Shown: piece after piece, positions 33,339 to 43,506 of the stretch | Layout: every line of letters starts with the position of its first letter | How positions within the stretch are numbered: position 1 is the first letter of the stretch | From: Meyerozyma guilliermondii | Taxonomy: Eukaryota | Direction of reading: 5' to 3' | Length of the DNA: 64,000 bases | Assembly (NCBI GenBank): GCA_051546255.1 | Contig: CP128818.1 | Coordinates: forward strand, 806,001-870,000 | Notes under the pieces: generated by a model | What the model was told of the DNA's origin: nothing | The model's database searches: none | Seen by the model: the letters and a program-made list of their open reading frames with translations, nothing else | Program-made: the position numbers and the translations under genes

Positions 33339-34100
33339 TCAATTCTTCGACTCCTTGTACAATTTGATTCTGTTCTCGGTCCACTGTTGGATCTCGGAAC
33401 TAAACCTCTCCTTATCTGCGGTCGAAGGCTCATAAGAAGCACGTTCTTCAGCAGACAAGTTCTTCCATTGCTGGGCCAAAGAACGGTTTATGTCGGCAAA
33501 ATCACGGCCATCGTTAACGTAATTTTCCTTGACAAAGCTGGCGTAAGCCGAGGCGGGTGCCTTGGGCTTGGGGGTGTAGATACTAAGCATTTTTTCGTTG
33601 AATTCATCAGCCTTATCCTGGTACTGGTCGTGGGTACTTTGGTCCAATTGCTTCCATTCGCGAGAAACGTCAGCAAGCGAAACAGGTCCAGACCCGGATG
33701 TTCTCTCCTTGACATACATGTTGAACGCAGTAATACGACGATAAGGTTTGGTGGCCTTTTCTACGAGTTTCTTGTGTTTAAGTTCTTCTTTCTTGGCTTG
33801 CTCCCTTTCCTTAGCAGCCTTAGATCTCTGGGATTGACTCAATGCCTTCTCTTTTTCGGCAAGCTTCTTCTTGCGCTGCTTCTCTAACTTTGTTTCGGCG
33901 GCAAGCTTCTTTTTAAGTTCAGCAAACGTCTTTTTTTCTTTGGAAAGTTTGGTTCGGAGTTTTTTGAGTTTTTCCTTTTCGGCAGCAACCAGAGCATTTT
34001 GCGAGGCAATTTTCAAGAGCCGAGTGCTAGCACCAATAGGGGCAAAGGAGGACACCGAAAAGTGGCGTATCGCAGGAACTAACAGGGGAAAGCGTAACAT
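33339..34100 (-). CDS. GCF1: Mitochondrial nucleoid HMG-box protein (Gcf1/Abf2-like)
   Basis: Presequence-like N-terminus, Lys-rich coiled coil, two HMG boxes (AFNMYVKE..WKQL; PKAPASAYASFVKE..WKNLSAEERASY). Confidence 0.85.
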   Translation of the reverse strand: MLRFPLLVPAIRHFSVSSFAPIGASTRLLKIASQNALVAAEKEKLKKLRTKLSKEKKTFAELKKKLAAETKLEKQRKKKLAEKEKALSQSQRSKAAKEREQAKKEELKHKKLVEKATKPYRRITAFNMYVKERTSGSGPVSLADVSREWKQLDQSTHDQYQDKADEFNEKMLSIYTPKPKAPASAYASFVKENYVNDGRDFADINRSLAQQWKNLSAEERASYEPSTADKERFSSEIQQWTENRIKLYKESKN

Positions 34101-34274
34101 TTGTGGTAAGGAGACCTCTCACCGCGCGCAGTGTTTGTTTACGGTGGCTGGCCCCTGGTGCACGGGTGCGCACAAAGTGATTTCAGTTACTCGCAGTGAT
34201 TCAGGAAAGAAGTTGGAAGTCCTACACGTGACCGCGGTTGGCAAAAATCTCATCGATCGACACCTCTACCAACC

Positions 34275-35939
34275 ATGTTTTCTGCAGCGAGATCAGATAC
34301 CCTTTTCTTGGGCGGCGAAAAGGTTTCGGGAGACGATATCCGCAACCAGAATGTGTTGGCTGTACAATCTGTGGCAAATGTTGTGAAATCGCTGTTGGGC
34401 CCTGTAGGTCTTGATAAAATGTTGGTTGACGATATTGGAGATGTGACGGTTACTAATGATGGAGCGACTATTTTGACGTTGTTGGACGTCCAGCACCCCG
34501 CCGGTAAAATCTTGGTGGAATTGGCTCAGCAGCAGGACCGTGAGGTGGGAGATGGTACTACTTCTGTGGTGATCATTGCTAGTGAATTGTTGAAAAGAGC
34601 CAACGAATTAGTAAGAAACAATATTCATCCAACCACAATCATTACGGGGTACCGGTTGGCGCTTCGGGAAGCGGTTCGGTACATAAATGAGGTGCTTTCG
34701 TTGCCGGTGGATAGTTTGGGAAAGGAGACCATGGTGAACATTGCCAAGACGTCGATGAGTTCCAAGATTATTGGATCTGATTCTGACTTTTTTGCGAATA
34801 TGGCGGTCAATGCCATGCTTGCGGTCAAGACCACCAACTCTCGCGGTGAAACAAAGTACCCGGTAAAGGCGGTGAACATTTTAAAAGCCCATGGAAAGTC
34901 ATCGGTCGAGTCGATGCTTGTGGATGGTTACGCCTTGAATTGTACAGTGGCTTCGCAAGCCATGGTCAAGACTGTGCAGAACGCCAAGATCGCGTGCTTG
35001 GATATTAATCTTCACAAGGCCAAGATGGCCATGGGGGTGCAAATAAATATTGAAGATCCTGATAAATTGGAGGAAATCCGCCAGCGGGAATATGGAATTA
35101 TCATTGACAAAATTAAGAAAATTTTGGCTGCTGGTGCCAATGTGGTGTTGACAACCAAGGGAATCGACGATCTTTGTCTCAAGGAGTTTGTCGAATGTGG
35201 AGCCATGGCGGTTCGCCGTTGTAAGAAGGAAGATCTCAGAAGAATTGCCAGAGCCACCGGCGCAACATTGGTGTCCAGTTTAGCCAATCTCGACGGTGAT
35301 GAGACGTTCGAATCGTCGTACCTTGGTTCTGCCGATGAGGTGTCTCAGGTTCGTATTTCTGACGACGAGTGTATTCTCGTGAAAGGAACCCGTCAGCATT
35401 CTTCCGCATCGATTATTCTCCGTGGTCCCAACGACTACTCGTTGGACGAGATGGAAAGAAGTCTTCACGACTCGTTGTCGGTGGTCAAACGGACTCTTGA
35501 GAGCGGCAATGTCGTACCTGGAGGAGGAGCCGTCGAGGCTGCGCTTAACATATACTTGGAAAATTTTGCAACTACGGTTGGTTCGCGGGAACAATTATCG
35601 ATAGCCGAGTTTGCCCTGGCATTGCTTGTGATACCCAAGACGTTGGCAGTGAATGCTGCTAAAGACTCGTCAGATTTGGTTTCGAAATTACGTACATACC
35701 ATGCAGCATCGCAATCAGCATTGCCTACAGACACCAAGAAGAAAAACTACAAGAATTACGGATTGAATTTGATCGAGGGAAAGATCATTAACGAAGTTTC
35801 TCATGGAGTACTCGAACCCACCGTTTCCAAAATCAAATCGTTAAAGTCGGCGTTGGAGGCATGCATAGCAATTTTGCGGATAGATACCATGATCACAGTG
35901 ACCCCGGATGCTCCTAAAGAGGATCCTCACGGCCATTGA
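34275..35939 (+). CDS. TCP1: Chaperonin CCT alpha subunit
   Basis: [29 protein letters not shown] and VPGGGAVE motifs. Confidence 0.98.
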   Translation: MFSAARSDTLFLGGEKVSGDDIRNQNVLAVQSVANVVKSLLGPVGLDKMLVDDIGDVTVTNDGATILTLLDVQHPAGKILVELAQQQDREVGDGTTSVVIIASELLKRANELVRNNIHPTTIITGYRLALREAVRYINEVLSLPVDSLGKETMVNIAKTSMSSKIIGSDSDFFANMAVNAMLAVKTTNSRGETKYPVKAVNILKAHGKSSVESMLVDGYALNCTVASQAMVKTVQNAKIACLDINLHKAKMAMGVQINIEDPDKLEEIRQREYGIIIDKIKKILAAGANVVLTTKGIDDLCLKEFVECGAMAVRRCKKEDLRRIARATGATLVSSLANLDGDETFESSYLGSADEVSQVRISDDECILVKGTRQHSSASIILRGPNDYSLDEMERSLHDSLSVVKRTLESGNVVPGGGAVEAALNIYLENFATTVGSREQLSIAEFALALLVIPKTLAVNAAKDSSDLVSKLRTYHAASQSALPTDTKKKNYKNYGLNLIEGKIINEVSHGVLEPTVSKIKSLKSALEACIAILRIDTMITVTPDAPKEDPHGH

Positions 35940-36161
35940 TGAAACAAACCTACCTCAATAAATACAAACCAAGCCTTATTAATAAATACTGAAACCAAAC
36001 TACCTTATTAATATTGAAACCAAACCCACCTTATTAATATTGAAACCAAACCTACCTTATTATACTGAAACCAACCTTATTAATACTGAAACCTACCTTT
36101 ATTATAAATACTGAAACCTACCTTATTATACTGAAACCAACCTACCTTTATTAATAAATAC
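35940..36161. repeat. Degenerate minisatellite, about 9 units of 20-30 bp (TGAAACCAAACCTACCTTATTAATAAATAC-like)
   Basis: Repeated TGAAAC..CCTTATTA..TAC units read directly between the TCP1 stop and the PCL stop. Confidence 0.9.
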
Positions 36162-36268
36162 TAGAACTAAATGACCTCCAGGGTCTCTTGGGCTGTTTAT
36201 GACAAAAGACTAAAATGTCAATGAGCATCGAATTTCCTTTTCATATGTTGAACATTATGGTTCATTCC

Positions 36269-37093
36269 TTATACCATTGCCATTCCATACACATCTTTTC
36301 TTGGTGGAACATTGAGGGTATTGGTGGACTTGTTTGCCAAAGGTGGCCGGTAAATGTGGCCCTTGATTTCGGCTTCTTCTTGCACGAGGCTTTGCAAACT
36401 ATAGTTTGATGCTGGACCCTCGTTTAATGACAAGCTGGAGGAATGAGAAGCAATGGAAGATGTGGAAGATGATCTTGATGAAATGGGAGATGATGTGCGG
36501 TATGTGTTGGACAAACGATAGTAGTTGACTTTTTGTGCTGAAACCTGGTCCAGGTGAGCCGCCAACGAGGTTTTGATAGTGTGTAAGAACGGCTCAAGTG
36601 CAACGTCCAATTCGTGTTGTTTGATATTAATGTCCCATTTTAACAACCCCAATAATTCTCTTTCGGCCATATTGACCTCGTCATTAGTTAAAAGTCCGTC
36701 AGTGTATTTTGTCCAGTGTTTGTTCAACGGTGACGAGTCATTAAGTGATTTGGCACTCAAAATCAACGCTGCCAAAAAAATCCGGTGCCGAGTGGTTTCC
36801 ATTCCTACGGCATTGGCAGGAAGTAAATTTCTAACTTTTGTCAAATAAACACATGTCGCCATAAGTGTGGGGGTCTGAACGTTGGAGTACCTGATGAGGC
36901 GACGAATAAAGTGGCCGAGAGACACCGTTTTCACCGCTGGAGCCACCAACAAATCGTCGGTAGAAATGGTGGAAAATTTTCGAGGTTGTGGTTTTACTTG
37001 GATGATAGAATTAGTGGTGGCCACCAAGTAGTTGACCATTTCCGGCGACACCGGCTGTCTTGCGAAAATCAGAAGTACTTTCGACTGTGCCAT
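36269..37093 (-). CDS. PCL2: Pho85 cyclin, Pcl1/Pcl2 subfamily
   Basis: SNVQTPTLM..YL, TTRHRIFLAALILSAK..NDSSPLNKHW, EVNMAERELLGLLKWD. The paralogue assignment is uncertain. Confidence 0.8.
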   Translation of the reverse strand: MAQSKVLLIFARQPVSPEMVNYLVATTNSIIQVKPQPRKFSTISTDDLLVAPAVKTVSLGHFIRRLIRYSNVQTPTLMATCVYLTKVRNLLPANAVGMETTRHRIFLAALILSAKSLNDSSPLNKHWTKYTDGLLTNDEVNMAERELLGLLKWDINIKQHELDVALEPFLHTIKTSLAAHLDQVSAQKVNYYRLSNTYRTSSPISSRSSSTSSIASHSSSLSLNEGPASNYSLQSLVQEEAEIKGHIYRPPLANKSTNTLNVPPRKDVYGMAMV

Positions 37094-37191
37094 ATTATGC
37101 CAGCGATGTCAAAATTTTTAGGACGAAACCACCGTTTTTAAATTGTGGGCGTCGCTGCAAAAGAATTACCAGATTGGGTAGTGAAGCTGCA

Positions 37192-37270
37192 GACGCGCGA
37201 AGAGGTTTGCACGGTGACGCGTCGCGACAATAGGACCGCGGATTGGAAGATGGCAGTGCGTGTGCGCGAA
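37192..37270. promoter_or_regulatory. MCB/SCB-like cluster upstream of the PCL cyclin
   Basis: ACGCGT at 37217-37222 plus ACGCGCGAA and CGCGAA copies within about 180 bp of the start codon. Confidence 0.55.
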
Positions 37271-37621
37271 TATGGGCTGGCGTTGGGCCAAAAACGGTGT
37301 GGGTGGAATTGGAGGTTGTTGGGATTTGTGGTTTAATAATTGAGGATTTTGGTTTTGTTTGCGTCGATATTGATGCTATTGTGTGCTTATCGGTCTCCGG
37401 GACAACCGCAAGGCGCACCCCTGCCAGGGGTAGATGGTGCAGGTTCGCGCAGACGCGGTGGAAAACGTGCATGGTTCTGCAGGGAAGGGTTCGGCTTCGA
37501 GTGCAGAGATTACGAGAAGGATAGTCAATGTGTAAGAAGATAGATATTATTTTATATAGCAGTAGGATCAGAGGAAGCCAATGAGACTTGTAGTCGGTCA
37601 CCACACTAGAACCTAGGGTTT

Positions 37622-38866
37622 CTAGGTAATCACCGTGTCGGGGTAGTAGAAGAACGCCAATGCCACAATCAAGTACGTACTCAACAACATAGCACCCTCA
37701 AGCCAGTTCAGTTCACCATCGAGAATCACCAAATTGGAGATGAATACCGAAACGAAAAGAATTGCAGTTTCAAACGTAGAAAAGTAAAGAGACATAGGAA
37801 CATCGATGGCCCATCCAATCAAAACCATGAATGGAGTCACAAAGATTGCAATTTGCAACGACGAGCCTACAGCCACACCAATGGCCAAGTCCATCTTATC
37901 CTTCATGGCCACCACGATGGCAGTAACGTGTTCAGCAGCATTTCCCACGATGGGAATGACAATAAGACCAATAAATGTCTTGGACAATCCAGAAGTCTCC
38001 ACAATGTTGTCGATGGAACCCACCAAGTAATCAGCACAAACCGACACGATCACCGTGCACGTAAGAAGCACAACCAACGCTCCAGTGAGAGTGAGGCGTT
38101 CAGGTTCAGTTTTGTCGCCAGAAGACTCGCCTGGTAAAGAAGTAGCGATAATACCGTCGTCGGCCTCTTGGGCTTGCTCTTCAAAAAGCGACTTGTGGGT
38201 ACGCAATTGGAACACCAAATAGAGAATGTACAACAACAACAAGATGATGGACACTCCGCGAGACAACGAAAGAATAAGCTCATCGGAACTGCCTGGAGCT
38301 GGAAATTCGTTGCCTGGTTTTGGTGGAGGAAGCGTAGCGTGGAAAGCAGCAGGAATCAAAAGTCCAGCGGTAGCCAATGCCATCAACAGCAGCATGGTCT
38401 GGGCCACGGTCTGGTTGAAGATCTGTTGAACCCGGGTGATTCCGCCAGCAATAAAGCAGCATCCCAAAACCAAGAGCAAGTTGGAGAGAATAGACCCAAG
38501 CATCAGCGCCTGGACAATACGAATCTGGCCCTCTTTGAGGGCAATAATCGACACAATGAGCTCGACGGCGTTTCCCAAAGTGGCATTCAACAACCCACCA
38601 ATGGTTTCGCCGGTAAATTCCGCCAACTCTTCCGTCGCAAATGCGAGCAACGAAGCCAATGGCACAATGGCAAAAAAATTGAGCCAGAAAATGGCTGACG
38701 AGCCCCAGTCTAGTATCCCGGCGAGCAAGCCCAACGGAACAAACACCAAGAGATAGTTGACCGGCAGAGATTTGAGCGTCAATTTGAACGTGGTCATGAC
38801 CCGGTTGCGAAAGGAAACCGCTGGCGACTCGTTATTTCCCATCAAGGGGAAGGTTTCAGAGGGCAT
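37622..38866 (-). CDS. VCX1: Vacuolar Ca2+/H+ exchanger
   Basis: Alpha-repeats [12 protein letters not shown] and PIVGNAAEH, multiple TM segments; first ATG at 38866. Confidence 0.95.
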   Translation of the reverse strand: MPSETFPLMGNNESPAVSFRNRVMTTFKLTLKSLPVNYLLVFVPLGLLAGILDWGSSAIFWLNFFAIVPLASLLAFATEELAEFTGETIGGLLNATLGNAVELIVSIIALKEGQIRIVQALMLGSILSNLLLVLGCCFIAGGITRVQQIFNQTVAQTMLLLMALATAGLLIPAAFHATLPPPKPGNEFPAPGSSDELILSLSRGVSIILLLLYILYLVFQLRTHKSLFEEQAQEADDGIIATSLPGESSGDKTEPERLTLTGALVVLLTCTVIVSVCADYLVGSIDNIVETSGLSKTFIGLIVIPIVGNAAEHVTAIVVAMKDKMDLAIGVAVGSSLQIAIFVTPFMVLIGWAIDVPMSLYFSTFETAILFVSVFISNLVILDGELNWLEGAMLLSTYLIVALAFFYYPDTVIT

Positions 38867-39049
38867 GGAGACTGTTGTTTTGTGAGTTGTTACAAGTTCT
38901 TTCAAGTCCTTTTGTAGGTTTTGTTTTTGTGGCCTTTTGCTTTTGTTTTTTTTTTGGTCGTCTACGTTTGTCTCCGCAATCTCATTGAATTCCAGGCGTG
39001 TGTGCACTCCCGTCTGTATAGTCTAAATAGTCCAGCATAACTTTCTTGG

Positions 39050-40507
39050 TTAAACCAATTCTTTCCACAAGTATGGCAGAAACACCATCACCGCAGTAAA
39101 AATCGTAGCCACCGCCTCGTAAAGTGCAAGTGGCGCCCCGACTAAGCCCCGATCAAGAAAGTTCCAGTACACGGCGTAAAAAGCCACCGTGAAAAAATGC
39201 CGAAACAAGAGCAATGGTTGTGGGAGCACACCCGAGAGCAACCCTATGGGCTCGCTGACACAGGCTCCCCCGAGCTGGAAGTACTTGAAGCATCCGAGTT
39301 GAAGAATCTGGAGCGGGCGGCTATCGGCTGCGAAAAGCGTGTAGAGTGCGATCGACAAAGTATTGATGACGGCATCCAAGCCTTTTCTTTGGTTGTGAAA
39401 CTTGGACAATGCTGCTGCCACGGCACGATGGTCGTCTAAATCAGGAACATTGTTGGGGTGAACAAGCCGTGCAAAGAGCGCGGCATCATTGAGTCCTACT
39501 GTCATACCTCCGCCAGTCAAAGGATGTCTCATGTTGGCGGCATCTCCAAGCAAAACCAAGCCCTTATGACGACCCTGGCGCGTGGCTGAGAGGTACTGGT
39601 TGGGCATGGACCGGAACTTGCCAGTTGTCAATGCCTTCTTGAAAGACGGCCGTATGGGTTCAGGAAGCGCAGGAAGCACCTCATTTTGAAGGTACCCTAA
39701 AAGCTCACCGTTGGCTTGCGATGGTGGTTTTCTGGACCTATACAGACACAAAATCCGGGTGTCGTGGGGCAGAATCTGGTACACCAAGATGGGAGCATGG
39801 GACCCGAGAATAACGTGGCCTCTGTTTTTCGCTGGAAGCTCGGCATCCACAAGATTGAGTCCTACGAAATACGACCCAACCAGGGGAGCTGTGTCGTATA
39901 ATCTTTTGCGGAAACGAGAGTAGATTCCATCACAACATATGGTGAGTTTTGCCCTATAAGTTCGATTTTTTTTGCCTGATTTCACAACCACTCCCGTGAC
40001 AGCACCATCTTCATCTATCAAGTCTACCACCGTTCCTTCTACTGCGGTCACGTTCGTTTCAGCCTTGGTGATGCTACGCAAATTTTGGATAAAATCGCCA
40101 TGGTGAAACGAAACGCCTCGAACTCGGTTATCCTTGTGCCACGCTGTCGCGTCCAATGTAGAATCACTCGTAATCTCGTCATTTTGATGGTTAACACAAT
40201 CAGGAACAGGAGTATCTGGTCTTGCTGACATCGCGTCGTGTTTTGTAGGGTAGTCCAAAAGAATCTCGTTGTCCAAAAACTTGATATAGTATCCCACCAC
40301 GTCTATAGCCTCGATTTTGTTGATGGCACGCGCCATTCCAAGTTCTCGAAGCGCTTGAATCCCGGCGGGTTGCATGAGTTCTCCAACTATTCGGTCAGGT
40401 TTAGTCCAGTCTCGTTCCACTATAAGCACCTTGCGACCCTGGCGGGCCATGGCGGTTGCTATGGCAGGTCCTACGACACCCGCACCCACTACAATAACGT
40501 CAAACAT
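39050..40507 (-). CDS. ERG1: Squalene epoxidase
   Basis: GAGVVG FAD motif, PDRIVGELMQP, GDAANMRHPLTGGGMTV. Confidence 0.97.
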   Translation of the reverse strand: MFDVIVVGAGVVGPAIATAMARQGRKVLIVERDWTKPDRIVGELMQPAGIQALRELGMARAINKIEAIDVVGYYIKFLDNEILLDYPTKHDAMSARPDTPVPDCVNHQNDEITSDSTLDATAWHKDNRVRGVSFHHGDFIQNLRSITKAETNVTAVEGTVVDLIDEDGAVTGVVVKSGKKNRTYRAKLTICCDGIYSRFRKRLYDTAPLVGSYFVGLNLVDAELPAKNRGHVILGSHAPILVYQILPHDTRILCLYRSRKPPSQANGELLGYLQNEVLPALPEPIRPSFKKALTTGKFRSMPNQYLSATRQGRHKGLVLLGDAANMRHPLTGGGMTVGLNDAALFARLVHPNNVPDLDDHRAVAAALSKFHNQRKGLDAVINTLSIALYTLFAADSRPLQILQLGCFKYFQLGGACVSEPIGLLSGVLPQPLLLFRHFFTVAFYAVYWNFLDRGLVGAPLALYEAVATIFTAVMVFLPYLWKELV

Positions 40508-40555
40508 GAATATTGCGACAGCTGCAAAATCTCAAAATATATATTCGTGGTGCCA

Positions 40556-40792
40556 TCGTATACACGGTGCAGGAGCCGCGGCCGATAGTGGCATGATGAG
40601 AGGAAAAAAGAAAGGAAAGGCGTGGAAAGAAAAGAGTGGAAGAAAGGAGAGAATAGTAGACGGTTCTGTGGCTCGGTTTAGTTTAGTTCTTTATTACGTA
40701 CTTGTTTAACCTTGTTTTACGCTTATGTCTATTGGCTCCGTAAGCGAGATGGTTGTCTTGTCTGCAGTACACTTCATTACCAGCGTCGTATA
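40556..40792. promoter_or_regulatory. Two sterol response elements and a CCAAT box in the ERG1 promoter
   Basis: TCGTATA at 40556-40562 and 40786-40792; ATTGG at 40731-40735. Confidence 0.65.
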
Positions 40793-40852
40793 GCACCAGA
40801 TATGAATAACTTTTTCTTTCCATTTCTCTTTTCCGTTTTTCTCTTCTCCCTC

Positions 40853-42889
40853 CTAGTCACTCTCCTCTTCTGCTTCCCTCAACCACTCGACCCATTTTTT
40901 CGTAAGCTGGCGAACCTGGACCAACTCGGCCGTCGCACTCGATTGCGGCAGTTCCCACCATTTGTAAATTTGGTCCTCTTCTACAAAATCTTCGTTGTAT
41001 AGCCAGGACAGTGCCACGAAGAGCACCGTCTGGTTGTATGCCGGGTCGATCATGGCGCATTGCTGTTGCACCAATTGCAAAAGATCAACTTGGTCGTCTG
41101 CGTCAAAGACCTGTCTTTTGAACAATGGTCCCCACTTACCAAAGGTCTTTTCCGTGGCTTGCTTGGGAGCCAAGGTGTCGGTAGTGATAAAATGGACGAT
41201 TCTGGTGATGAGTGCACTCACGGTAGCTCGGCGAACTTCATGGTAGCTGACATTCATCGACATTCTCAATGAGTTGATCTCAAGTAAAGTTGTATCAATG
41301 TCGTGATTATTCTCCATTGACCTCTTGATGGTGTCGATTGCCTCGCGGGCGAAAAGCTCCTCTTCGTCCTCGGAAACAAAGTCGGTGCTGACGGCGGAAG
41401 TCAGCGATAATCTACGAGCTTTTGCTTTGCGCTTGCGACTGGCGCTAATCGAAGCCACAGAAGAATCAGAAACATCAAGCTCGTTCATATCGTGAACTAG
41501 CGAGTCGCTGCCGCTGTCCTGGTCCGACTCGTAGACGTAGCCATGGCCATGCAAACCAACAAGATCACTATCTACTACAGTGACTTGTGGAGAATCGTCA
41601 AATCCATTCGAAGGTTTGGAAACTTCCCGGTCAACGAGCCTCGTATATGGTGGTATAGTTCTTCCCTCTTCAATAACCACTCCGTAGCCGATCACACACC
41701 CCACATTGACCTTGACATTATGGGCAATTTTGGCTCCTGCTGCTACAATGGACCCTTCGATTTCACTATTATCTCCAATTTCGGCACCTTCCCACACATA
41801 AGAATTGTGTAGACGAACATTGGAGCCTATGGTACACCTGGCGCCTACTATGGAGTTGCCAATGGTGGTTTTATCTCCAACTTTGGTTCCAAACCCTACA
41901 CAAGTGCAGGTTTCAAGATGGCTCAGACGAGCCAATACCACTTGACGATCTTTATAAATATGGTTGGACTCGTAGGTGTACTCTGTATCTTCGAGAAGAT
42001 TGGCGTCGGGAACTAATGGGTAGCTCCACCGCTCCAAAACATCTTGGGAAATACCTTTATAGGTAGCCCAGCTAACGACTCGAGCAGCGTATTCGTCGGT
42101 GATATAAGCATAAAGCGACTTTTTAGCAATATCCGAGTTCAAAACTCCACGAACAAAGTCCGTACGGAGCAGCTGGTAGTCGAAATTGTCCTGGAAAAGC
42201 TGTGGAACCAAAGGTGAACAGATGTCGACATGGCAATCGATCAAGTCGTTGCGAACCACCAATTCATCAATATCGTCCATGAGTTCGGGATCGATCTTGA
42301 TGCTAGCCTTCTTGTTGGCGCCTGGGATAGCCTGGTAGTACACACAGCGGTTAGTTTTAGCATCAAGAATAAACGTGGCAGGATCCAAGTCGGATCGAGC
42401 TCGGTGCGCAGCCGAGGCACTGGAAAGAACCATTGTCAGAATATGGTTACTATCGTTTTCCCGGTGCCTTCTATGCATTTCCATGGCCCGAGAAAAGTCG
42501 ATATTGGTAACCACGTCTCCCGAAACCAATAAAAAGTCGCCGGAAATCACCCCTCGATTGTCCAAGTCTCGCATGGCATCTCCAACAGAACGGGACTCCA
42601 ACAGCATTATTGGTATAATTTTGAACGGAGAATTGATGCTGCACCATTTGGACTGCTCAATGTATTGCTGCACCTGCTCGGCGTGTGAAGAACACATCAA
42701 AAACACTTCATTGACTCCGGCCTTGGCCAAGAACTCTAGTGTATATTCGATCAACGGAACATTTGCTAGCGGTAAAAGACACCTGGGTTTGACCGCGGTG
42801 AGGGGCATGAACCGGGTCTCAAAAGAATCGGTCAAAACGACCGCTTGAAACCGTTCATCTACTAGTTCCTTCTTTTTCTTTGGTGCCAT
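40853..42889 (-). CDS. GCD6: eIF2B epsilon subunit
   Basis: QAVVLTDSFETRFMPLT..PRCLLPLANVP, left-handed beta-helix repeats, C-terminal W2 domain (WLREAEEE). Confidence 0.97.
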   Translation of the reverse strand: MAPKKKKELVDERFQAVVLTDSFETRFMPLTAVKPRCLLPLANVPLIEYTLEFLAKAGVNEVFLMCSSHAEQVQQYIEQSKWCSINSPFKIIPIMLLESRSVGDAMRDLDNRGVISGDFLLVSGDVVTNIDFSRAMEMHRRHRENDSNHILTMVLSSASAAHRARSDLDPATFILDAKTNRCVYYQAIPGANKKASIKIDPELMDDIDELVVRNDLIDCHVDICSPLVPQLFQDNFDYQLLRTDFVRGVLNSDIAKKSLYAYITDEYAARVVSWATYKGISQDVLERWSYPLVPDANLLEDTEYTYESNHIYKDRQVVLARLSHLETCTCVGFGTKVGDKTTIGNSIVGARCTIGSNVRLHNSYVWEGAEIGDNSEIEGSIVAAGAKIAHNVKVNVGCVIGYGVVIEEGRTIPPYTRLVDREVSKPSNGFDDSPQVTVVDSDLVGLHGHGYVYESDQDSGSDSLVHDMNELDVSDSSVASISASRKRKAKARRLSLTSAVSTDFVSEDEEELFAREAIDTIKRSMENNHDIDTTLLEINSLRMSMNVSYHEVRRATVSALITRIVHFITTDTLAPKQATEKTFGKWGPLFKRQVFDADDQVDLLQLVQQQCAMIDPAYNQTVLFVALSWLYNEDFVEEDQIYKWWELPQSSATAELVQVRQLTKKWVEWLREAEEESD

Positions 42890-43045
42890 AAGATGAATTT
42901 TCGCGATGTGAGAAATGAGAACGAGAATCTTATTTGTATAAGTTCATTCCATTAATCGTGCTACATTCGTCTATGTACATTCGTCTATACGTTCGCCTAC
43001 CTTCGTCTATATACATTTCTACTCTTCTCTATATACATTTCTACT

Positions 43046-43390
43046 CTATAAATTTCTTGCAAATTGCTGAACCTTGCTCACTATGCCACTATTTTTCCAC
43101 TCTCTAAATTCAGAAAGCATAAGTTCCTTCAGCTCCGGAGACTTGTACATCTTCTTGTCAAACTCTACAGAACCCTGGTCGGCCCAGTATGCGGCAATGG
43201 AGATCGAGGGCATGACAAACATGCAGCTTTTGATGCTATGATTGAAGGTTGCAAAACGTTGCGGCATGGTGGTTTTCACTAGTAAAAACCCAACCCCGGA
43301 AAACAACAACCCATAAAAACCACCCTTGAGGCCCTGAAGGGCTATATATGTACTATGGGCTTCTCGTTCTTCCTGGTCGATAATTTTCAT
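43046..43390 (-). CDS. RCF3: Respiratory supercomplex factor Rcf3-like membrane protein
   Basis: MKIIDQEEREAH..GLKG, two TM segments, ADQGSVEFDKKMY; resembles the Rcf2 N-terminal/Rcf3 family. Confidence 0.75.
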   Translation of the reverse strand: MKIIDQEEREAHSTYIALQGLKGGFYGLLFSGVGFLLVKTTMPQRFATFNHSIKSCMFVMPSISIAAYWADQGSVEFDKKMYKSPELKELMLSEFREWKNSGIVSKVQQFARNL

Positions 43391-43506
43391 CCTACGCGAT
43401 CACGCAATGCATCCTGCAATCAAAAAACGATGCATCCTGTATGCACATGCCAGATTCTCATATTGTGCCAAATCTGTAAATTAAAGTGCGCAACAACCTT
43501 ACAATC

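Noticed and set aside
35940..36161. CRISPR-like array
   Set aside because: Eukaryotic context, degenerate tandem units and no unique spacers; it is a minisatellite.
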